Shown here: positions 57,914 through 64,000 of the stretch, in pieces | Layout of the letters: every line of letters begins with the position of its first letter | How positions within the stretch are numbered: position 1 is the first letter of the stretch | Source: Clostridiales bacterium | GTDB lineage: Bacteria > Bacillota > Clostridia > Oscillospirales > Acutalibacteraceae | NCBI GenBank assembly: GCA_012839185.1 | Contig: DUNU01000022.1 | Coordinates: forward strand, 25,604 to 89,603 | DNA: 64,000 bases | Direction: 5' to 3' | Program-made: the position numbers and the translations under genes | The notes under the pieces: generated by a model | The model's database searches: none | The model's input: only the letters and a program-made list of their open reading frames with translations | Told to the model about the DNA's origin: nothing

Positions 57914-59011
57914 TTATGAATATATGTCTTCCAATCTGTTGATTTCATAGGCAAGACTGTAGTGTCGATTGTTAAAAGCAGTTTCAATAACGCTAAAATC
58001 GGGAGAATTTAATTTAAGTCCCGAATTGACCGCATCAATAAACTTCTCAATTTCAAGCGGTACGGCATTAACCAGACCGATATTCATATCAGCCTCATTT
58101 GTAAAAGTGTTTGATTTGACGACCGGTGTTCCTGCCGCTTGTGCTTCTAAAATAATTCCACCTAAGCCTTCAAATAATGAGGGAACGATGAGAATATCGA
58201 AAACGTGCATCCAGATATTTACGTCTTTTCTTATACCCGTCAATATGACATTGTCTGTTAATTTCAGTGCATTTATTTTTGCGACTATTTCTTCTCGGAG
58301 TTGTCCGTCACCGACAAATACAAGTTTTGTATTCGGATGTGATTTTAAATATTCGGCAAAAAAGTCAAGGGCAAAAGTGTGATTTTTCATTGAATCAAAT
58401 CGCCCAACCATGCCGATAATCGTTGTGTTATGCAGATTAAATTCTGTTTTTATATGCTCCGTTTCTTCAACGGTTACATTTTCATATTTGTCCAAATCAA
58501 TCGCATTGGGCATAACCTCAAATTCAGATTTGCCGAACAAATATTCTCCCGACATTTTGGAGATAGCCAAGCGTTTTGTGGAGAACAAGGCAATAAGAGA
58601 ACGCCCTAAAATAAGTGCGATTTTGTTCTTGAATGACGGATTTTTACTTCCCGTTGTCCGTGCATGGGCAATACGAATTTTTATTCTCGCGAAGAATGCA
58701 GCAAGACAGACAAGTCCGCAGTGAAAGGATGTGTGTGCATGTACCGCATCATAATTTCCTTCCTTGAGCACTCGTTTTATATCGGAAAAATTTCCGAAAC
58801 TGCCACGTTCTCTCGGTGGTTTGATTTTAATAATTTTTCCGCCGAGTGTAAGAATTTCATCTTCAAAATATTGCTTGTCTTCCTGCATGGTCAAAAAATC
58901 AAAATCTATTTTTTCTTTATCAATTTTTCGATATACATCCATCATTCGGCTTTCCGCACCGCCCATATTAAGACTGGCGAAAATTTGCAATACTTTAACC
59001 TGTTTTTTCAT
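57914..59011 (-). CDS. Glycosyltransferase family 4 (first gene of the locus)
   Basis: N-terminal NMGGAESR, C-terminal PSLFEGLGGIILEAQAAGTPVV. Confidence 0.85.
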   Translation of the reverse strand: MKKQVKVLQIFASLNMGGAESRMMDVYRKIDKEKIDFDFLTMQEDKQYFEDEILTLGGKIIKIKPPRERGSFGNFSDIKRVLKEGNYDAVHAHTSFHCGLVCLAAFFARIKIRIAHARTTGSKNPSFKNKIALILGRSLIALFSTKRLAISKMSGEYLFGKSEFEVMPNAIDLDKYENVTVEETEHIKTEFNLHNTTIIGMVGRFDSMKNHTFALDFFAEYLKSHPNTKLVFVGDGQLREEIVAKINALKLTDNVILTGIRKDVNIWMHVFDILIVPSLFEGLGGIILEAQAAGTPVVKSNTFTNEADMNIGLVNAVPLEIEKFIDAVNSGLKLNSPDFSVIETAFNNRHYSLAYEINRLEDIYS

Positions 59012-59040
59012 TACGGTCTACTCCATAATAATCTTATTAT

Positions 59041-59069
59041 ATAATACCACACTATAATAAAACTGTCAA
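59041..59069 (-). promoter_or_regulatory. Sigma-A-type promoter of the polysaccharide operon
   Basis: The minus strand reads TTGACA-17 nt-TATTAT, about 30 nt upstream of the GT4 start. Confidence 0.55.
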
Positions 59070-59089
59070 GCGAAAAAGATATGTTATGC

Positions 59090-59118
59090 TTGCAATTTGT
59101 CAACCGTTATGATATAAT
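59090..59118 (+). promoter_or_regulatory. Sigma-A-type promoter of the apbE operon
   Basis: TTGCAA-17 nt-TATAAT. Confidence 0.6.
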
Positions 59119-59135
59119 TCAAGTGGTGTTTGCGT

Positions 59136-60116
59136 ATGAAAAAATTTAAGACAGCTTTAATAATTATTCTTGCGATTGCTCTTGTAATTGCAATTATTTT
59201 GCTTTTCGGCGGACGAAAGAAAGAACAAGTCGTTATTAACGGATATGCCATGGGTTCTGTCACCACATTCAAGTATTTTGAAGATAAAGCGTTTGATTTA
59301 TCGGCAGCAAATGAACTTGAAAATCTTATCTCCAACAAAATTGATAACTCAGAAATATCAAAATTAAATGAAAATCTTACCGCAGAACTTTCGGATATTA
59401 CAAAGGAAATACTCGAATATTCGCTTAAAGTTGCCAAAAAAAGTGATGGTGCGTTTGACATAACGCTCGGGAAATTAACTGATATTTGGGAAAGTTCGGC
59501 TCTTGAAAACATCGTCCCGTCTGAGAATATTCTCAAATCTTTGCTTAAAGATACGGGTTATAAGAAGCTGAAAATTAAGAAAAATACCGCTACGATTGAA
59601 GACGGAATGAAGATTGATCTGGGTGCTGTCGGCAAGGGAGCTGCCTGCGATGTTATCATAAATGCTGCTCGTGAAAACGGAATTAAGTCGGGGATAGTTA
59701 CCGTCGGCGGTTCTGTCGGTGCTTTTGGTAAAAATCCCAACAACAATAAGGGCTGGACTATCGGTATTCGCAATCCCGATATGGAAATTGATGATCAGAC
59801 GCTTATGAATATTCTTATCAAAGACGGTTTTGTTTCCACTTCGGGCAATTATGAGAAATACTACGAAATTGACGGTGTAAAATATCATCATATTCTTGAT
59901 CCGGATACCGGTTTCCCGTCAGATGCGGGACTAAAACAAGTAACCGTTATTTGTGATAACGGTGGGTTGAGTGATGCTCTTTCAACTGCTTGTTTCGTTC
60001 TGGGATATGAAAAAAGCAAGGAATTATTAGATTATTATGACGCCGGCGGAATATTTGTTACCGAGAGTGATAAGATTTTTATCATAGGCGAAGGTTTTGA
60101 AGTATTGGATAAATGA
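59136..60116 (+). CDS. apbE: FAD:protein FMN transferase (ApbE family), membrane-anchored
   Basis: Motifs MGS.. and DITLG, DLGAVGKGAA, TSGNYE and HHILDP. Confidence 0.88.
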   Translation: MKKFKTALIIILAIALVIAIILLFGGRKKEQVVINGYAMGSVTTFKYFEDKAFDLSAANELENLISNKIDNSEISKLNENLTAELSDITKEILEYSLKVAKKSDGAFDITLGKLTDIWESSALENIVPSENILKSLLKDTGYKKLKIKKNTATIEDGMKIDLGAVGKGAACDVIINAARENGIKSGIVTVGGSVGAFGKNPNNNKGWTIGIRNPDMEIDDQTLMNILIKDGFVSTSGNYEKYYEIDGVKYHHILDPDTGFPSDAGLKQVTVICDNGGLSDALSTACFVLGYEKSKELLDYYDAGGIFVTESDKIFIIGEGFEVLDK

Positions 60117-60463
60117 AACGCAAGGATTTTGTAATTATTGCCGTCTTGATTTTGGCGGCACTTGTGCTTTTAAGTATAAACAAAACTCGCAAGGAAGCAG
60201 TCTTTTGCGAGATTTTGGAATACGGCGAAATAGTCAGAACTTATGATTTATCAGCACTCTCGGATGATGAGATTATCGTTGTAAATGATGTCGAAATATT
60301 GATTTCACGAAACGGCTGTCAGGTAAATCAATCTGACTGTCCCGACAAAATATGCATTAATTCCGGCAAAATTTCCCGTGTGGGAGAATTTATATACTGT
60401 GCTCCCAATGGTGTGCTTGTTCGATTAAGCGGAGAAAGCGAGGCGGATGCTGTTGCGTATTAA
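60113..60463 (+). CDS. NusG domain II-containing protein (DUF1312)
   Basis: 116 aa with an N-terminal TM and the motif CPDKICI..G. Usual partner of the downstream Gx transporter gene. Confidence 0.65.
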   Translation: MKRKDFVIIAVLILAALVLLSINKTRKEAVFCEILEYGEIVRTYDLSALSDDEIIVVNDVEILISRNGCQVNQSDCPDKICINSGKISRVGEFIYCAPNGVLVRLSGESEADAVAY

Positions 60464-60968
60464 GGATAGTGCCAAAACAGTTGCCGTAGGCGGTATACTC
60501 TCTGCCGTCGCAATAGTTTTGTCGTATCTTGAAAGTCTTATCCCACCGCTTGCGTTCTTGCCCGTAGGTGCAAAATTGGGACTTTCCAATATTTCTCTGT
60601 TATTTTCAGCTCAGACTTTTGGTTTTCCCGTAACTCTTGCGATTTGTATCATAAAATCCGGTTTCGTGTTTTTGGTTCGGGGAGCAAGTGCAGGATTTAT
60701 AAGCCTTTGCGGCGGACTGATTGCGACAATAATTATGGTATTATTGAGCAAAATCGCTGATAAAAAAGATATTTCCGTAATCGGTATATCGGTCGTTGCC
60801 GCCGTCGGTCATAATTTCGGTCAATATATCGCCGCATCCGTTCTGGCAGGCTCCAATCTTTTTATTGCTTACGCTCCCGCTTTAATTATTTATGGTGTAA
60901 TATTCGGTATCATTACCGGAATAATTGCAAAGGTTATAATCCCAAAAATAAAGCCGCTTGTAAAATGA
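60447..60968 (+). CDS. Gx transporter family protein (heptaprenyl diphosphate synthase component I-like)
   Basis: 173 aa with about 5 TM helices, beginning A..G.L.A.A..LS.LE..IP. Confidence 0.65.
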   Translation: MLLRIKDSAKTVAVGGILSAVAIVLSYLESLIPPLAFLPVGAKLGLSNISLLFSAQTFGFPVTLAICIIKSGFVFLVRGASAGFISLCGGLIATIIMVLLSKIADKKDISVIGISVVAAVGHNFGQYIAASVLAGSNLFIAYAPALIIYGVIFGIITGIIAKVIIPKIKPLVK

Positions 60969-60976
60969 CAAGCGGT
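60953..60976. terminator. Bidirectional terminator between the Gx transporter gene and typA
   Basis: GCCGCTTG-taaaatga-CAAGCGGT. The flanks are A-rich upstream and T-rich downstream, and the loop contains the + strand stop codon. Confidence 0.6.
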
Positions 60977-60987
60977 CTGAATTTTGT

Positions 60988-62805
60988 TTATTTTCTGTGT
61001 TCGGACTTCATTCGCTGCTCTTTGTTAAGAATGGCTTTTCTCATACGAAGTGATTTCGGTGTAACTTCAAGAAGTTCGTCATCTTTGATAAATTCCATAC
61101 ATTGTTCGAGAGATAAAACTGAGTGGGGAACGAGACGAAGTGCCTCGTCCGAGCCGCTTGCTCGCATATTTGTCATCTGTTTTTTCTTGCAAATATTGCA
61201 AATTACATCTTCGTTCTTGCTACATTCGCCGACAATCATCCCTTCATATACTTCAACACCTGCACCGATGAACAGACGACCTCTGTCCTGAGCATTAAAT
61301 AAGCCGTAGGCGGTACTTTCGCCGGTTTCAAATGATACGATTGAGCCACGCTCACGAGTAACAATATCCCCCTTGAAAGGTTCATATCCCGCAAAAAGGT
61401 TGTTCATGATACCTAATCCGCAGGTATCAGTCAGAAATTCATTTCGGTATCCTATAAGTCCGCGAGCGGGAAGCTTAAACTCCAAGTGAGTTGCTCCTCC
61501 CTCCCGGGTTGACATATCTTCAAGTTCTCCTTTGCGTGCACCGATTTTTTCCATAACGGCACCGACATATTCCTGAGGAACTTCAACTATAAGCAATTCC
61601 ATCGGTTCAAGTTTTACAGCGTCTTCATATTTATAAATCACATTCGGGCGACTTACCTGAAATTCATAATTTTCACGACGCATGGTTTCAATAAGAATTG
61701 ATAAATGCAATTCACCTCTGCCGCTTACTTTGAACACTTTTGTATCGTCGGTTTCTTCAACTCTCATTGAAACGTTTGTTTCAACTTCTTTAAAAAGTCT
61801 GTCGCGAATATTTCTTGACGTAACATATTTCCCCTCACGGCCTGCAAACGGAGAATCGTTTGCTATAAAATTCATGGAAAGTGTCGGTTCGTCGATTTTA
61901 ATAAAAGGAAGTGGCTCAACGCAGTTTGGATCGCAGACGGTTTCTCCGATATTTAAGTCGGAAATGCCCGATACGCAGATTATGTCCCCCATGCTTGCAC
62001 TTTCAACTTCAACTCTGTGTAAGCCTTCAAACTGATAAAGACGAGAGATTTTAACGTTTTGAGTGGTGCCGTCTGTTTTGCATAATACAACGGATTGTCC
62101 GTGTTTAATGGTTCCTCGTTCCACTCTGCCGATGCCGATTCGCCCTACATAGTCATCATAGTCAAGAGAAGAGAAACGAACTTGTGTCGGTCCGTTAATA
62201 TCTCCCTTCGGGGCAGCAATATTATCAACGATTGCATCAAGCAGTGGACGCATATCTCCGCATCTTGTATTTTCATCAAGAGAAGCATAGCCTTCACGAG
62301 CAGAGGCGTATACAACAGGGAATTCAAGTTGGTCATCGTCTGCACCAAGTTCAATAAATAAATCAAGAACTTCGTCAATTACTTCCAAAGGTCGAGCATT
62401 GGGACGGTCAATCTTATTGATAACCACGATAGCTTTTTTCCCCAATGCCAATGCTTTTGACAATACAAATCTTGTCTGAGGCATACAGCCTTCAAATGCA
62501 TCAACTAAAAGTAATACTCCGTCAACCATCATCATAATACGCTCAACCTCACCGCCGAAATCAGCGTGACCGGGAGTGTCAATGATGTTGATTTTTATAC
62601 CGTTGTAGTTTACGGATGTATTCTTTGAAAGGATGGTTATGCCTCTTTCTCTTTCAAGGTCACCGGAGTCCATAACTCTGTCTTCAACCTGTTCATGTGC
62701 ACGGAAAGTACCGCCCTGTTTTAATAACTCATCAACAAGGGTTGTCTTGCCGTGGTCAACGTGTGCGATTATTGCAACGTTTCTGATATCTTCTCTGATA
62801 TTCAT
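60988..62805 (-). CDS. typA: Translational GTPase TypA/BipA
   Basis: Motifs AHVDHGKTTL, DTPGHADFGGEVER and NKID, with an EF-G-like domain order in 605 aa. Confidence 0.96.
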   Translation of the reverse strand: MNIREDIRNVAIIAHVDHGKTTLVDELLKQGGTFRAHEQVEDRVMDSGDLERERGITILSKNTSVNYNGIKINIIDTPGHADFGGEVERIMMMVDGVLLLVDAFEGCMPQTRFVLSKALALGKKAIVVINKIDRPNARPLEVIDEVLDLFIELGADDDQLEFPVVYASAREGYASLDENTRCGDMRPLLDAIVDNIAAPKGDINGPTQVRFSSLDYDDYVGRIGIGRVERGTIKHGQSVVLCKTDGTTQNVKISRLYQFEGLHRVEVESASMGDIICVSGISDLNIGETVCDPNCVEPLPFIKIDEPTLSMNFIANDSPFAGREGKYVTSRNIRDRLFKEVETNVSMRVEETDDTKVFKVSGRGELHLSILIETMRRENYEFQVSRPNVIYKYEDAVKLEPMELLIVEVPQEYVGAVMEKIGARKGELEDMSTREGGATHLEFKLPARGLIGYRNEFLTDTCGLGIMNNLFAGYEPFKGDIVTRERGSIVSFETGESTAYGLFNAQDRGRLFIGAGVEVYEGMIVGECSKNEDVICNICKKKQMTNMRASGSDEALRLVPHSVLSLEQCMEFIKDDELLEVTPKSLRMRKAILNKEQRMKSEHRK

Positions 62806-62876
62806 AAATTTATCACCAATATCACATTATAACAAATGTCAGTTTTACTGTCAATAGCTTTTCTTGAAAAAAGTGC

Positions 62877-62906
62877 TTGACATTTTGATGTGGTTTATAG
62901 TATAAT
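62877..62906 (+). promoter_or_regulatory. Sigma-A-type promoter of rpmH-rnpA
   Basis: TTGACA-18 nt-TATAAT. Confidence 0.6.
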
Positions 62907-62969
62907 ATGCTATTGTAGGGTGTAATTGCACAACCCGGTTTCCCATAAACAAGCAAGGGGGGTTACTCA

Positions 62970-63104
62970 ATGAAAAGAACATATCAGCCCAAGAAGCGTC
63001 AGCGTATGAGAGAACACGGTTTTCGTAAGAGAATGGCTGATCGTAGCGGTCGCAAGATTCTTGCTCGTCGCAGAGCAAAGGGCAGAAAGCAGCTCTCATA
63101 CTAA
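62970..63104 (+). CDS. rpmH: 50S ribosomal protein L34
   Basis: Not in the ORF track because it has only 44 codons. Hand translation gives [52 protein letters not shown] lies upstream, and there is a TAATG overlap with rnpA. Confidence 0.95.
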   Translation: MKRTYQPKKRQRMREHGFRKRMADRSGRKILARRRAKGRKQLSY

Positions 63105-63448
63105 TGTCTGACTTTAAGAGTCTGACAAGAAATGGCGAGTTTCGAAGAGTATATGCTAAGGGGAAATCTTTCGGTGACAGAGCTTTAGTGATTTATGTTT
63201 TTAAGAATCGCCAAAATAGTCTCCGTTTAGGGATTTCCACCGGCAAAAAACTCGGGAATGCAGTCGTCAGAAACAGAGCACGAAGAATTATTAAAGAGGC
63301 TTTTCGTCAACTTGCTCCGGGTCTTGCAAAGAATTATGATTATGTAATTGTTGCAAAATCAGGCATTTTGAATTTGAAGAGTACGGATGTTTATAATATC
63401 CTTCAAAGTCGTCTTGAAGGTACGCAATATATGCTCAACGGAGGATAA
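63104..63448 (+). CDS. rnpA: Ribonuclease P protein component
   Basis: 114 aa, basic, with F..V...G and the RNR motif NAVVRNRARRIIKEAFR. Confidence 0.92.
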   Translation: MSDFKSLTRNGEFRRVYAKGKSFGDRALVIYVFKNRQNSLRLGISTGKKLGNAVVRNRARRIIKEAFRQLAPGLAKNYDYVIVAKSGILNLKSTDVYNILQSRLEGTQYMLNGG

Positions 63449-63451
63449 AAA

Positions 63452-63685
63452 ATGATTAAGCATCTTTTTATCCGTCTTGTTCTATTTTATCAACGCAGAA
63501 TTTCTCCGTTATTTCCGCCGATGTGTCGGTATTATCCGACTTGTTCCAATTATGTATTACAGGCTATTGAAATACATGGATTTGCGAAAGGTCTGCTTTT
63601 GGGAATATTGCGAATTTTAAGATGCAATCAACTCTTTAAGGGTGGTTACGATCCCGTTCCGCCCAAAAAACAGCCAAAGAAATAG
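63452..63685 (+). CDS. yidD: Membrane protein insertion efficiency factor YidD
   Basis: [29 protein letters not shown]. Confidence 0.92.
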   Translation: MIKHLFIRLVLFYQRRISPLFPPMCRYYPTCSNYVLQAIEIHGFAKGLLLGILRILRCNQLFKGGYDPVPPKKQPKK

Positions 63686-63761
63686 ATTGTTTTTCAGGGA
63701 GTTGAATTTTTGTAGTCTTATATGTAAGATTACATATCATTAAAACTATTTGGAGCACCTA

Positions 63762-64000
63762 ATGTCCGCATTATATGATATTTTGTCAATCCCATTTGGT
63801 TGGGTATTAGCATTTTTTTATGAGATTTCAAACAGCTATTTGTTGTCACTTTTCTTGTTGACTCTCATAGTCCGTTTAATTCTCCTGCCCTCATCGATTA
63901 AACAGCAAAAATCTTCTGCCGGTCAGCTTCGCATGCAAGCAAAAGTTAACAAGATACGTGAGAAATATGCAGGCAATCAGCAGAAAATCAATGAAGCTAC
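63762..64000 (+). CDS. yidC: Membrane insertase YidC/OxaA, 3' end outside the window
   Basis: Hand translation gives MSALYDILSIPFGWVLAFFYEISNSYLLSLFLLTLIVRLILLPSSIKQQKSSAGQLRMQ... SD TGGAG. The frame is open to the window end. Confidence 0.85.
   Translation, partial: MSALYDILSIPFGWVLAFFYEISNSYLLSLFLLTLIVRLILLPSSIKQQKSSAGQLRMQAKVNKIREKYAGNQQKINEA

Noticed and set aside
59084-59891. Minus-strand ORFs (59084..59536, 59475..59891) opposite apbE
   Set aside because: apbE motifs on the + strand are clear, and the antisense translations are low-complexity.
60965-61291. 108-aa plus-strand ORF downstream of the Gx transporter gene
   Set aside because: It lies antisense within the 3' end of typA, whose identity is certain. 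A bidirectional terminator at 60953..60976 precedes it.
62806-62969. oriC / DnaA-box cluster upstream of rpmH
   Set aside because: I found only one imperfect box-like 9-mer (TTATCACCA) and no cluster. dnaA is absent from the window.
62851-63099. 82-aa minus-strand ORF in the typA-rnpA spacer
   Set aside because: It is antisense to rpmH (62970..63104). The rpmH translation is an almost invariant L34 sequence, with its own promoter and SD.

Overview
This 64-kb window comes from a low-GC Firmicute. The gene content looks like Clostridia, and a cohesin-like surface protein plus a dockerin-bearing protein suggest a Ruminococcus-like Oscillospiraceae; that placement is inference only. Most of the window is tightly packed housekeeping DNA. 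Recognisable genes are dprA-topA-trmFO-plsX-rnc-folP-folB-folK, tRNA-Leu(UAG), pncB, pyk, engB, tcdA, a U32 peptidase, ligA, an RluA-type synthase, alr, a GH29 fucosidase, an apbE trio, typA, and rpmH-rnpA-yidD-yidC at the right edge. rpmH is below the ORF-track size cutoff and was found by eye. Three accessory blocks stand out. (1) About 13.25-19.9 kb is a visibly AT-richer island. It has an ECF-type sigma factor and a DUF4367-like anti-sigma factor, followed by six exported or membrane-anchored proteins of unknown function, one of them a ricin-lectin/metzincin fusion. The island also contains duplicated promoter/RBS modules, and a convergently oriented XRE regulator sits at its far end. (2) 34.4-37.7 kb (minus strand) encodes an XRE-HTH fused to a roughly 10-12-helix membrane domain. 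It is translationally coupled to three tandem paralogous membrane-anchored proteins that I cannot assign to any family. (3) 44.4-59.0 kb (minus strand) is a 15-gene Wzx/Wzy-type polysaccharide locus with no priming transferase or chain-length genes. Blocks (1) and (2) are my best candidates for an undescribed system. All functional calls rest on motif recognition by eye. No database searches or computations were run.
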